Assembly (NCBI RefSeq): GCF_004010195.1
Contig: NC_057719.1
Location: 24,701,604-24,745,592, forward strand
Direction of reading: 5' to 3'
Length of the DNA: 43,989 bases
DNA from: Chiloscyllium plagiosum
Taxonomy: Eukaryota
The translations under genes were made by a program, and so were the position numbers. Shown here in pieces: positions 1 to 12,644 of the stretch. Within the stretch, counting starts at the first letter, position 1. The number at the start of each line of letters is the position of its first letter. Under the pieces are notes generated by a model that searched no databases, had not been told where the DNA came from, and worked only from the letters and a program-made list of their open reading frames with translations.

Positions 1-215
1 TCTCTAAGGACATCAGTCCAAGCTTCCTTAATGTGCCTAAATAACTGAGTCCCTCATCTCTTGTACCATTTTCTTAAGCCTTTTCTGCACATCCCTAATG
101 TTTCCCACCCTTTCTAAACTGTGGTGCATAGAATTCGACACAATACTCCAAATTAGGCTGAGCCAGTGTCTTAAAAAGGCTAACTATAACTCTCATGTCT
201 TTGCATTCTTTTAGC
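1..215 (-). mobile_element. Degraded CR1-type LINE fragment (ORF2 3' region)
   Basis: Minus strand reads ...CCTAATTTGGAGTATTGTGTCGAATTCTATGCACCACAG, the LEYCVQFW.P motif also seen in the younger CR1 copies in this window. Confidence 0.7.
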
Positions 216-259
216 CAGGGTAAAGAACAATAGGTTCAAATATTCTGTTTGTTACTCAC

Positions 260-457
260 CATTTTGTTGTGAACCATCAGCTGTAAAATGCTAGGTGTCA
301 CCCGACTCCAGAATTCGAGGGCTGTCAAAGTGGCTGTGCAAACAAACTCATTCAGGCTCTGTAGTGTCGGAATAGAAGCTGCTTGTTCGCAGTATACTGT
401 CCAAAGTTGGGCAAATATGAATGCATGGAATAGGGAGCACATATGTAATACAGATGT
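260..457 (-). CDS. unc79: unc79 coding exon (last in window): TSVLHMCSLFHAFIFAQLWTVYCEQ...EFWSRVTPSILQLMVHNKM
   Basis: T-rich TAG acceptor, ATG|GTGAGT donor; 198 nt = 66 codons; gene continues past position 1. Confidence 0.96.
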
Positions 458-834
458 CTATAAATAAAAAGCAAAAAAATCAAATTTATTGCATTTAAGT
501 TTCTACACATAACATTAAAGTCATAGCTTTTTTTAAAACAGCTATCCCATATTAAAAACATTTATGCAAGACTAATGGAAGTATTAATTGGTACATTACA
601 ATGTTTAACTGATTCCATGAGATACTGTAAAGATGCTATGACTTTAACTTGTACTAACACAGGTACAGAAAAATAAGTAATACTTGAATGTACAGCCATT
701 TGGTATTTTGGTTTGAGAAAATGGAAATCTTTCTAGCAAAGAGTTAATGACATTTATTTCAACTCATTATGTATTTAGTCAATGAGTGTTGATGCCATTT
801 TAAAAGTTATCATAAATTGAATTGTTAGAAGCAC

Positions 835-1035
835 AATAGGACAGCACAGAAGGAGACTATCAGGCCATTGAGTCTGCTGTGGCTCTTTTGAACAGTATTC
901 CAGATAATCTCCCTGACCCACTCTTTCCCCATAGTTCTACAATTTGATCTCCTCCAAGAATTAGTCCAGTTTCCTCTTGACAGCTGCTGTTGAATCTATG
1001 TCTATAACCCTGTCAGGCAGAGCATTCCAAATGTG
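835..1035 (-). mobile_element. Degraded CR1-type LINE 3' end
   Basis: CAGGCCATTGAGTCTG...CTGTCAGGCAGAGCATTCCA resembles the reverse-oriented CR1 3' ends at 15121 and 43150. Confidence 0.55.
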
Positions 1036-3289
1036 TCACAGGGATATATGCTGGGGTCTTAATTTTTTTTACAATTGATGTATGTGACTTTGATGAAAGA
1101 TTAAAGGTAAAGTTGCCTTGTTCAGATCAAAGAAAATCACAAAAAATAAAGAAAGGATGTAATGGAAGATACAAACAAGGAAAAATGATGGTTGATTAAT
1201 TCATTGCATTGAAAACAGATTCAAAGGGATGAATGTGAAACTGACACCCAGATGAATTTCAACCCGACTTTGTGCCTAAAATACCTTATTCTGGTGATAC
1301 TATTCTTGAAGTGAATAGGCTGATTCAGCAGGAGGCAAGCTCAGCACCCTGGAGATATAAATTGCTTATCTGGAACTAGTGGAAAATCAAGTAAACCCAT
1401 ACTGGGTGCTGCTGCTGTGCTACCAATGTGGTCCAGCAGTTCATGGAAGGACCAGGATGACAAAATGACATAAAATATTATGGTCACCAAATTGAAGAAA
1501 TGATGCTCATTCCAGGTTTAGTTATCCCTTCACATTTTACAAAAGTCAACATATGGAACTAAGCTTTATTTTGCAGCTTGGTGACCCTGACAGCTGTTCA
1601 TTAATGTGCATCAGTCTGTTTGGCTTTGCACGGAAAAAATATTGAAAATCCTATCTTTGTTGCAGACGGACCCCTAAACAAGTTCCTTAGGGAACCACTA
1701 CCTGGCATCAAATAGGATTCTGATTACCACCATTCCCTTTCAAAATTGTAAAACATCCAGAAGTGATGGGATCCAGTTGTTTCTCAGGGATACAACTTTC
1801 AACTCACTCCTGTACCCATTCCTGTCCCCATGACAACTGAAAATCCATCCCAATGTGCTTAATGAGGATCAGGGAACATTATCAAAATGCCCCAGAGTTG
1901 ACCTTTTTTATTAACTACTGCATTATATTAAACTGACACCCTGTCTATTTATTACAGGAGGATTTTAAAATCAAAACAAATGTCTAGCACCCTAGTCTAC
2001 AATAGTCCACTAATTATGCTGAAAACGTATGTATGGTCATTTACTTCATTACCTTCTGCAAGAACTTGCTGTTCATCAAATGGCCACCATTTTTCCCTAT
2101 GAAATAGTTTCCACTCTTGAAAGAAATTAATACTTGTGAAGCAGTTTAATACAGTTCTGTGAGTGATAAACTCTTCCATGTTTTAAATAGCTATCTTTCA
2201 GAGGAGAATGTTACTTAAATTAATTGTAAATACAATTCGTCTGTTAGGTATAATAATATGTTAGGCACATTAGGCAAAATAGACTGCACAGACTGACTGC
2301 TAATGGAATTTTCTTTGTAATGAGTTACAAATAGATGTGGAAATCTGTCCTTTTTTCTTCTTTGTTGTTAATTTTACACTAAGTACGATATAAAATATCT
2401 GTGCCATTTAAGAAATTTTCTGGGAAAACATCTAGGTTGAAAGAACCATTATTATTCAGGAGGATTTAGAAAATTTGTCTCAAGCCAAAGATAACTAGCT
2501 AACAATGATTCATCATAAATACTTAGTTTTATATGTTAGATTTGACTATATTATCCATTAATATAAAACAGGGATAAGGTTGGATAATAAATTCATGAAC
2601 AGGTTAAATTCTTGACGAGAATTATCAATCTGGGCATCCATTCCCAGTGTCTAGAGCATCCTGATTAACTCTTCCACATTTCCACAAATTGTCCCAACAC
2701 ATTATCTGGATTTGATCTTCATTCTACTACCCAAATAGTTTCCACAATCTACTTCCCACTGAACCTCAGGCTGTTCCTTTCCTCTGCACCACATTATAAA
2801 ATGTTTGCTGTCTGATAAACAATTCCCTCCATCTGTATGACATCATGGATACAAGAGTTAGTATGAGGTAAATATCTGCCATTGTAGAGGAGTAGGTTCA
2901 AAGGATCAAATAGTCTACACCAAATAGCTTCATTTTTTTAAGTTCTTATAGTTGAGGAGTATGATTTCATTATGGCATTATTTCTCATCAAAATCTGGTT
3001 CACAGATGGCAACTACTTATTTCTCACAAAGGTCTTCTCCAGATAATTGTTCTGTCCCACTTACTGAATGCCAGGAAAACAACACTGCACACTTCAAATT
3101 GCACACTAGTCTATATTTCTAGCCATCCAGTTCTTTCACCAAATTTGTCATTGATCCTTAACATTGATCAGCCCCCAGATGCCTTTCCATCTTTCCCTTC
3201 ATCCCATGTATCTTTGGATTCTGAATGAAAAGACTGCTTACTCTCAACAATTGCAACCTCCATCTTACTGGCTATTTATCTCAACAGAT

Positions 3290-4090
3290 AACTCCTCAAT
3301 TCCACATTGCAAATGCATTTCAACATGGGTAAATGTGAGTTTGTGCATTTTAGTAGCAAGAATATGGAGGTCACTACTTGGAAGGTGCAAGTCTAGGTAG
3401 CATATAGGAAGAAAGGGATCTCAGTTCAAGTACGTCAATCATCAAAAGCTGCACCAAAGGTTACCAAGGTCATAAAAAAAGGTCTCAGCTTTATTTCTAG
3501 ACAGGCAGCATTAAAAATCAGGGAGGTATGATAATGATAAACTCAACCTTAGCTATATCATATTTAGTGTATGATTACCATGTCGTAAAAAGTAGGATAA
3601 AGAGAGGTACTGGAAAGCATGCAGAGAAGATTTACAAGGATAACATCAGAAATACATAGGTTTACTTATCAGGAAAGAATTGACAGGCTGGGTCTCTTGC
3701 CTTGAAAAATGGCTTACGGATGACTTAATTGAGGCATTTTAAATTATGAAAGGTTTTTAAAAGAGTGGATGCAGAGAAAATGATTTCCATTTTGGGGAAG
3801 AGTTAAATTGGATGATCACCAAGAAATCCAAAATGAAAATTTAGAAATTTTATTACCCATAGAGTGCTGAGAATGTCGAACTCACTACCACAGGGATTGT
3901 TTGAAGCAAATAATATAAATGCATTTAAGGAGAGGCTAGACAAACACACTAGGGAAAATGGGATAAATAATTACATTGGTAGACTTAGATAAGAAACTGT
4001 GGGAGGAGGCTCACATGAAGCATAAACACCAATATAAACTGGTTAGGTCAAATGGCCTGTTTTGTACCACATATTCTATGTATTCATTTC
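3290..4090 (+). mobile_element. Old CR1-type LINE 3' fragment
   Basis: Decayed FNxxKCEVxHF, QRRFTR and LDRLGL motifs and a 3' end TGGTTAGGTCAAATGGCCTGTTT; many stops. Confidence 0.75.
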
Positions 4091-4414
4091 ATAATCAATC
4101 ACCTTCTATGCCGTCTTCATAAAACTCTATGGCATCCTGAAGTGCAGCTATAATTTCAAGCTTTTGTTCTTCATCATTATTTCCCATCTCCTACTACATT
4201 TTCCATTCTTATCTCAGGTGCTGATTGAATATTTTCATCAGATCTATAATCATCAGTTTAGTATGTCTGATTCCTTTACCTTTCCTTATCCCACACACAT
4301 TTCCATTTACTCTGATTCTGTATTTTTTGCTCAAATTCCATCCTATGCAAACTCAATATGTATGCATAATTCCTCGACTTCATTGAGTTCCCAACTACCC
4401 AAATTTCTCTCCTC

Positions 4415-5532
4415 ATATGATATGAAGTGCATTGTGATGTATGATATGGAATACACCCTGATATATGATTTGGGGTGCCTTGTGATATATGATTTGGAGT
4501 GAATTGTGATATATGATATGGAGTGCAATGTGATGTATGATATGGAATACATTCTGATATATGTTTGCAGTGCAGTGTGATGTATGATATAGAATGCATT
4601 GTGATATATGATTTGGAGTGCATTATGATGTATGTTATGGAATACATTCTGATAAGTGATTTGGAGTACATTGTGATATATGGTATGGAATACATTGTGA
4701 TATATGACATGGAATATATTGTGATTCATGATTTGGAGTGTATTGTGATATGTGATATGGGATACATTGTGATATATGATTTCAAGTGCACTGTGATATT
4801 TGATTTGGAGTGAATTGTGATATATGATAATGGAGTGCATTGTGAGGTATGATATAGAAAGCATTGTGATTCATTATTTGAAGTACATTGTTATGTATGA
4901 TATGGAATACATTGTGATACACAATTTGGGGTGCATTGTGCTATATGATATGGAGTGCATTGTGATGTATGATATGGAATACATTTTGATATTTGATTTG
5001 GAGTGAATTGTGATATATGATATGGAGTGCATTGTGATGTATGATAGGGAATACATCCTGATATATGTTTTGGAGTGTATTGTGATGTATGATATAGAAT
5101 GCATTGTGGTATATGATTTGGAGTGACTTGGGATATATGATTTGGAGTGCAGTGTGATGTATGATATGGAATACATTCTGATATATGATTTGGAGTACAT
5201 TGCGATGTGTGGTATGGAACATATTGTGATATATGATGTGGAGTGTATTGTGATCTATGATATGGAATACATTGTGATATATGATTTGGAAAGCTTTGCA
5301 GTATATGAGATGGAGTGCATTGTGATGTATGATATGGAATGCATCCTGATATATGATTTGGGGTGCATTGTGATATATGATATCGAATGCATTATGACAT
5401 ATGATTTGGAATGAAATGTGATGTATGATATGGAATACAATGTGATATATGATTTGGAGTGCATTGTGATGTATGACATGGAATACATTCTGATATATGA
5501 TTTGGAGTACATCATGATGTATTATATGGAAT
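4415..5532. repeat. 24-bp minisatellite, about 46 copies (unit approx. GATATATGATTTGGAGTGCATTGT)
   Basis: Directly visible; ORFs on both strands show 8-aa periodicity (IVIYDLEC / SYITMHSK). Confidence 0.95.
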
Positions 5533-6181
5533 TACTTTTCTATAATGGATAGGTAAAGTTTTAAGGTAAGAATGAACATAACAAGTAAAGCTAGTCATAA
5601 AATACTGAATAGCAGTGACTGACTTCACACTAGCCACTGAATTTTCCTAAAACTAATTACAAATTATTTTTAATCAAATCTACGTTAATGTTGTTCCAAT
5701 TATTTATCTCAGCATGAAGATTGTGCATAACAACAATCATATCAGAGCGATTGTGACACAAAAAAGCTAAAACAAAATAAAATCACCTCATGAAATGTTA
5801 CAAAGAATGCACATATTTATAGACACAGAAGCACCATGGAGTGGTGTACTCCTGAACCTTAGAACTTAAGTATCATTTATACAGTACTTCATAGATAATT
5901 AGGTTCCATATACAATGGAATCTAGATGCATCTACATGAATCGAGATTACAGCATCTCCCAATCTCTGATCATACATTCAGAAACCCTGGAAAAATGAAG
6001 TAAATAGCCATTTTCAGCAGTCTATATTGTTTCTCTTGAAGTTCCAGCGAGAACTCTTCAGGTAATTCCAAATGCTAGGTTTTTGTGCTGACAGAAAATG
6101 TACAGTTTGCAGTGAAACCAGTGAATGGCATTCTCTAGATTCTCAGGGTTCAGATTATAATTTGTGAAATGTTCACATTAC

Positions 6182-6365
6182 CTTGGATTGTTCAGGAAAT
6201 CCAATCAAGATAACTATAAGATGATCTGCAATATGTGAACCAGCATCCAAAGGAATGGGCATGCATGAAGTGGATCCTGAACACACAACACTATGTGTAA
6301 GAGATCCCAGCAGCAGCCATGACAAAAGACGAACATGGGAAACGCACTCAATAAATTCTTTTGGA
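6182..6365 (-). CDS. unc79: unc79 coding exon: (G)PKEFIECVSHVRLLSWLLLGSLTHSVVCSGSTSCMPIPLDAGSHIADHLIVILIGFPEQSK
   Basis: TAG acceptor, AAG|GTAATG donor; 184 nt = 1 + 61 codons; phase matches previous exon. Confidence 0.96.
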
Positions 6366-7755
6366 CTATAATGTTTCATGGAGGAGAAAAAGAAAAAAAA
6401 AGCAATTAGGCATTTATGGACTGATTCATATTTATTAATAAATTAAGTGATCACCTTCGATAATACATCTTTTAAGAGTTTGTTATTTGTTTCCTTTAAG
6501 GTATTATTTTGGTTTGTGATTAATTAAAGAAATCTGAATCGATATTATGGACTGGGAATTACAGTTGGAATGATAGGAAAACTATCAGTGTTTACCATCA
6601 TTACAAGGTAATTACAGCAAAGGCTGCCATCTGCACATGTGCAATTCATTGTGGAAATCTGCAAATTGCCTTCAGCAGCATCCTGCTTCTCTACAGGGTG
6701 CATTGGTGCAGTCATTTCAGATGCAATCAACGAAATCAGTGTTTTGATTCGAAGTCTAACTATTTACGCACATTTCTCACTAGAAAACTAGTGAAATTGT
6801 TAAGTCTTGTTCAACAGTAGTAACTGGATACGAAGCATTCAGTACTGATTCAATACTATGAGGTAGTGGGTAGGTGGAGGTAGGGTTGCAGGCAGATGGA
6901 ATCTTGGCCAGTAATCAGCCAGAATTCGCTGAAATTTTGTTAATGGCTTTGCGGCTCATTTGTGATATCTGAGATTGAACAGTCCGCTGTTGTGAAAATT
7001 CATGCAGTATGGCTAAAGATGAGTTGGTTTCCCTCCCACAGTCAAACACTTCCCACTATTGTTAAACTGGCCATTGTATGCATCATGACTGTATAAGATA
7101 GATTACATCGCAAAATTTGGCTCATGCCATGCTCAAACATGTCTTGTAAATAATCTCCAAAGTTATGTACCTCATTTAGCCTCCTTTTTCATTTTGTGCG
7201 TTCCAATTTAAACATGACCAGCAATCAGTACTGATAAAACACTTTGCTGGCCTTGTGAAAGCAAATTTATAAGCATAGAGTGATATTCCCTTCTAAGCAT
7301 GTTTAAAAGTCCCACGATTTCTAAAATAATGAAATCTTTTTAAAAATTATTATTTTAAAGTTTGTTTTCAAATCTTGAGTTCTATCCTAATACCATGCAT
7401 TTGTATCAATTTTTATTTTGTTTTCTATAATAAATGAGTAACTCAATCGGATTGTCTGACCAGCCCGCCAGACCCTGACTTCATATGGTGCCAGGTTCAA
7501 ACTCATGTCAGAAAATAGGAAATTGAAGCTCTACATAAATTCTTTAACATTTTGCTAAATGTTTGTGGCCGTTTTTTTGGAGGCCAGTAGCATGAACGAC
7601 CCCTTCACGATGCCCACAAAATCCAGACAAATGTAATTTTCAGAACACTGTGCTATAATCTACATTATTTTACTTGTAGAAAGTGATAGATTTCATTTCT
7701 AGAAACAAAGTCTACATTTATGTGGCAAACATATTGCTAACATTCACCACATTAC

Positions 7756-7931
7756 CCTTGTTGCATGGCTGAGGGAGGATGATATAGCCAAGGCAAGTAG
7801 CGAAGGACTGCTTTATTATCGCGATGATTTCCCCTGGCAATTTCCATTGCTGCTATCTGTGCCAATCCTACTTTAAGGTGCCCGCCAAAAGTATCTTCAT
7901 GCAAAGGCTGAGAACAAGTCTTCATGTGATC
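7756..7931 (-). CDS. unc79: unc79 coding exon: DHMKTCSQPLHEDTFGGHLKVGLAQIAAMEIARGNHRDNKAVLRYLPWLYHPPSAMQQ(G)
   Basis: TTTCCAG acceptor, GG|GTAATG donor; 176 nt = 58 codons + 2; inside ORF 7752..7958. Confidence 0.96.
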
Positions 7932-8744
7932 CTGGAAAGCAAAGAATTTCCAACCCATATTTAATCATAAGTAATTGAGGCCACAGCAATTATTCTCAGT
8001 GCTCCGACTATGAGGTTAACCACAGCTCCCATATTTGACCAACCAAAAGTCAGAATAAGATTGCTAGTGGCACAGACTGTCTGCATTACCAACCTTGCCA
8101 CCATCTGACTACATGTTGGCAGTGTGCATATGAGAGCCATGAGACCACCAGGAACATCATGAAGCAGATTATCAGTGTTGTAAAGCTGGTTCCCATACTT
8201 GGATCCACTGCCTTTCTCTAATCTTATGTGTTCCCCTGAAACTAGCTCTCTTGAGGGCACAGCCTTGGGAGGAGGAAGGGGAAAGAGAGAAGGTACCTCT
8301 AATTCTTTCACTACAAATGGGCTGTCAGTGAATAGTCAATCAGGTTTCAATTCTCTTAATTCTCATCTCCATTTAATTATCCATTTACAATTCCGCATCT
8401 TTTTATCCTTTTGTGATAAAACATTACAGCATCCTCTTGGCCAAAATCTTGAAATACGTCAAAAATCCATTCCACAACTTTACCTAACAAAACTTACAAT
8501 AACACACACAGAACTATTCACCCTTAGGCACTCTCCCTGTGGCTACTTTTGCCAGCCTTAGTGCTCCTACACAATACTTCTCCAGAGGTTATAACTGGAC
8601 TAATGGAAAGCTGCTGATTTCTAACAAAGGAGACTGCAGATGATGTTGGTGACAACTTTAAACTCGAAAGCCTAGCTTCGACGTGCTCTGCCTCAACACT
8701 ATCGATGGCAATCTGAGCAGATGACTGACCAGTAACATAGGGAG

Positions 8745-9668
8745 AAGCAGTAGTGTATTGATTATGGTATTGTCACTAGACTAGTAATCCAGAGATCCAG
8801 GCTAATGCTTTGGAGCCATAGGTTCAAGTCCCAGCAAGGCAGATGGTGAAATTTGTATCAATTAATAAATCTGGAAAGCTAGCCTAATGCTGACCATGAA
8901 AAGAATGCATTTATTTTGTTGCAAACACCAATCTGATTTACTAATGCCCTTCAGGAAAGGAAAATCAGCCAATATGCAACTTGACTCTGGATCCATAGCA
9001 ATTTGGTTGACTCTTGAGTGGCTAGAAATGGCAAACCATTAGCAAGCTACAATGTTTGTTGGATGGAACGAAATCAGTATCAACCAAGTTACCAGAAACG
9101 AGAATGGTATCGACAGTTAATCCTGAAAAGTTCTCTTTACAAACATCTGAGGACGTGTGACAAAACTGGGAGAGTTACCCCACAGATCAGCCAAGCAGTA
9201 GCCTAACTTAGTCATTCTCAGAATCATACTTTAACAATATTCCAGACACCACATCGGTGAGCGGCACGGTGGCACAGTGGTTAGCACTGCTGCCTCGCAG
9301 CGCCAGAGATCCGGGTTCAATTCCCGCCTCAGGCGACTGACTGTGTGGAGTTTGCACGTTCTCCCGTGTCTGCGTGGGTTTCCTCCGGGTGCTCCGGTTT
9401 CCTCCCACAGTCCAAAGATGTGCAGGTCAGGTGAATTGGCCATGCTAAATTGCCCGTGGTGTTAGGTAAAGGGTAAATGTAGGGGTATGGGTGGGTTACG
9501 CTTCGGCGGGTCGGTGTGGAATTGTTGGGCCGAAGGGCCTGTTTCCACACTGTAAAGTAATCTAATCTAATCTAATCACATCACTGACAGGACAAATCCT
9601 CCAAGGTTTTGGCAAAGTTTTGCCCTGTGAGTTCTCAACATTGACTTTGGCTTCCTGAAATCTCAACA
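8745..9668 (+). mobile_element. LINE 5' portion: tRNA-like head followed by decayed AP-endonuclease N-terminus (interrupted by HE1 SINE)
   Basis: B box GGTTCAAGTCCC at 8821-8832; about 9141-9230 translates NI*GRVTKLGELPHRSAKQ*PNLVIL(T)ESY, an APE N-terminal motif; sequence resumes after the SINE. Confidence 0.65.
9256..9576 (+). mobile_element. HE1-type V-SINE, full length, young
   Basis: A box TGGCACAGTGG, B box GGTTCAATTCC, V-domain TGTGGAGTTTGCACGTTCTCCCGTGTCTGCGTGGGTTTCCTCCGGG, (TAATC)n tail, CpGs retained; possible TSD CACATC at 9250-9255 and 9577-9582. Confidence 0.92.
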
Positions 9669-9759
9669 TCACCCCAACCCATTCACCGCCACTACCTTAT
9701 CGAGCTCCGCAATTATTTTCAATGTTGAAAACAAATGGTAAAGAAGCACAGAGGGTGGC

Positions 9760-10050
9760 AATGGCCCTATCAGCTTAACCCTTTCAAAGCCAGACAAGTC
9801 CCGATGAAGGTGGAGGCCATGCTCAACAAGGACATCATCAAACCAAGCCAGCGTGAGTGGAGTTTGCTGATCATCGTAGTTCCCAAACTGGACAGGACTC
9901 AATGATTCTGCTGAATTATTGGAAGGTCAATGCTGTTACAAAATCAGACTCATACCCAATTCCTAGATTGGAGGACTGTATCGAGAAAGTTGGACAAACC
10001 AGTTACATCACCAAGATGGACTTAATGCGTGGTTACTGGCAAGTACCTTT
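9760..10050 (+). mobile_element. Ty3/Gypsy LTR-retrotransposon reverse-transcriptase fragment
   Basis: NYWKVNAVTKSDSYPIPRLEDCIEKVGQTSYITKMDLMRGYWQVPL matches the Gypsy RT pattern DYRxLNxxTxxDxYPxPR...DLxxGYWQ(V/I)PL; upstream MLNKDIIKPSQREWS in a shifted frame. Confidence 0.88.
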
Positions 10051-10332
10051 AGATTAGAGACTCTAGAGTATGGAAACAGGCCCTTCAGCCAAACAAGTCC
10101 ACAATGACCCCCTGAAGAGCAATCCACCCAGACCCATTCCCCCACCCTATATTTACCCCTGACTAATGTACCTAACGCCAAGGGCAACTTAGCACAGCCA
10201 ATTCTCCTGGCCTGCGGGTCTTTGGACTGTGGGAGCACCCAGAGGAAACCCACGCAGACACGGGGTGAATGTGCAAACTCCACACATTCACCCGAGGCAG
10301 GAATTGAACCTGGGTCCCTGGTGCTGTGAGAC
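10051..10332 (-). mobile_element. HE1-type V-SINE, slightly 5'-truncated
   Basis: Reverse complement of the 9256-9576 element (GGAAACCCACGCAGACACGGGG...TGCAAACTCCACAC). Confidence 0.9.
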
Positions 10333-10335
10333 AAT

Positions 10336-10606
10336 TAAGGACCAGGGCCACAGATGCAAAGGCACATCACCGCCGAAAAGTTCCCCTCCATGCATACAGA
10401 ATCCTAATTTTTCAACTATAATCATGTTTAGTCACTGTCGCTGGAATCCTAAAAGTCTCTCCCTAACAGCACCGAGACTGCCCTTACACCACAAGGATGA
10501 CAGTGTTCAAGAAGGCAGCTCACACCTTCTCAAGGACAGTTAGGGTCAGGCAATAAATGTTGGTTCAGGCTGTAAAACCCATGTTCACTGAACACATTAA
10601 AAAAAT
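10336..10606 (+). mobile_element. LINE 3' end/tail
   Basis: ...CTCCCTAACAGCAC...GTTCAAGAAGGCAGCTCAC...GGCAATAAATG...A-rich end; same family at 21270-21720 (-) and 35635-35830 (+). Confidence 0.7.
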
Positions 10607-11585
10607 AGCGAGGGCTGAGTAATAAGGTGGAAACATCTGTTGACAGAATAGTAAGTCAATGTTCCAAAGTAGAACTACCACTCTGCTGAGCAGGCTCCTC
10701 AAAAATTGAAGCAATCTGCTGGAGCAAAGAATGCTGACTGCTGAGGGAGCCTGGCATCTTCAACCATGGTGATAAGCACCAAGCTGGACTTGCTGAGGAC
10801 AGTCTGGACTTCCGTTGCAGCACATGCATGATCTGTAGCTTCTGCTTGTACTGCAATGGTGGCTGATACATCATTTCATTTCATTTCAGCTGGGTCTACA
10901 AGTTCTAAATTGGAGTTGACCACTTCTACACTGGAAAGTTGGGTTCCAAGCCGTTTAACAATCACAACAGGTTTTGTGACAATGAACTAAACATCTTACA
11001 TGCATACTCATCAGTTTTCTCTTATGTGCCATCCCATTAGTTTACTCATCTGAGTTCTCCATCTTCCCCTAGACAGGCAGTGGTCCACTCAGATCTGATG
11101 ACTCACCATGTGCTGATCTCTTCTGTAATACCCTCTACACTACATGCACTGCCAATATCCAGCAGGTTGCTAAAGAGTTGAATCAAGTGCAGATGCTTCT
11201 TCTTCGGATGGTTGCTATTGTTCCCACCCTTCATGGTGAACCTGCATTGTCTGATCAAGCGTGGCAATTTAAAATTAAGGATTAGGGTGAGGGAAGGGGT
11301 GGGGTAGCAAGACCATTGTTACACTATCTGCAGCTTGCACGTCACACCAGATAATAGAATGAGGGTGAGACAATTTGGGAATGTGCAATGCCACAATCCT
11401 GAATATTATCGTGATGCTGAGGCTGACAACAGATGAGTCCGTGCCAGCCCAATAATTCACAGTCTTATCTCCTCCAAGCCTATCCCTGGACAGTTCTCTG
11501 CTATAATTGAGTGCAACCTTGTCCTATAGGAGAGTGGGAAGAATGTGACTGGATCAATGTGGCTGTCATTGCTGAATAGCCAGAA

Positions 11586-12050
11586 TTACGTGAAATCTGC
11601 AAGAGGTGGGTGCGAGGGCAGCAGCATTGGTGAGTTTATGAGAGTGAGGTGAAGTATCTGATTGTTAGGCATGAATCCTAATTGCTGCTTGATGACTGAT
11701 ATTAGCATGGTGTACTCAGTTGTGTACGAGGTTGATGGTTTGAGGGTGGTTAGGAAATAACATTTGAAGATGCATTCACTGACTTTAAAAACCTGGGTCT
11801 GGCCTGCTGCTTCATTGGCAGTCCTGATGCAATGTGATTGACTTTCCCAAACAGTTCCATAAAGTCCTTGAATGCACATACCCTTTAAGAAGTTGCAGTT
11901 AGCTGTAAGTTCTGCCAGTCACAGACATTCCTCAGCTGTCTTGCTGAATATGCAGTCAGTCAAGGGCTGAATTCCATAATCAAGGCACTTTGCTGAATAA
12001 ACACACATTGTAATCCCTGAATCTGCTGATGAGCTTCAGTGAATTCTTGC
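11586..12050 (-). mobile_element. Highly decayed PIF/Harbinger-like transposase remnant (tentative)
   Basis: Minus-strand ELTANCNFLKGMCIQGLYGTVWESQSHCIR and FLTTLKPST...SVIKQQLG loosely echo HARBI1-type motifs (ALNFxAxGxFQ...GISQS.HRCI; WLMTP...IEQTIG). Recognition from memory only. Confidence 0.35.
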
Positions 12051-12644
12051 CCATTGAATTCTAAGTTAGGAACATCTATGTTGTAGACCACATTCACAAG
12101 ATTTTGGTCATTTGTTTAGGATGGTCACAAAATGTATATACAATACATGTCTTTTCAGCTTCAGTAAGGGCAAGCAAATGCAAAAAAAACTTATCTTCTT
12201 GTCATTTAGGAAGCCTACTGAGGCACTCAGTTCGTAACAGTATCCTTGGAGGCAATAAGCCTATACCAGTTATATACTTTGACAGGGCTTCTCCTGAAGT
12301 ATGGACAGGCAATCAGAGCTAATCCGAATCATGGTCACACTTCAACGCAGCATAACCTTTTCCAATCGCAGATCACATTTTGAATAAATTTGACTCGACT
12401 CAACATAGTTATATACCGAAATACATAATGATTTTAATAGGAAAATAGAGTTTCTATCCCACCCAATCCCTGCCAATATTTACTCTTCACATAAACTTTC
12501 TTTCATCCACTAATTCACAATCTAATCCTACATGGTGTTGACATCATTTCTGTTGAAATAAATATGTTGGAATGAAATGTAACTATCTCATAACTCTCTG
12601 AGGAAATAAATTACATTTACTCTCTGCTCTAAATATGAACAAAT

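Noticed and set aside
4415..5532. CRISPR-like array or repeat-protein gene
   Set aside because: Units are contiguous with no unique spacers, the context is a vertebrate intron, and the ORFs arise simply because the unit is 24 bp; stops and frame breaks recur and the unc79 frame is complete without it.
7961..8561. ORFs of 116 aa (-) and 120 aa (+) next to an exon
   Set aside because: No recognisable domain; the unc79 frame splices cleanly from 13400 to 7931 without them.
9261..9335. tRNA gene (also 8760-8835, 18830-18905, 31955-32000, 38940-39005)
   Set aside because: A/B boxes run straight into SINE bodies; these are tRNA-derived heads, not tRNA genes.
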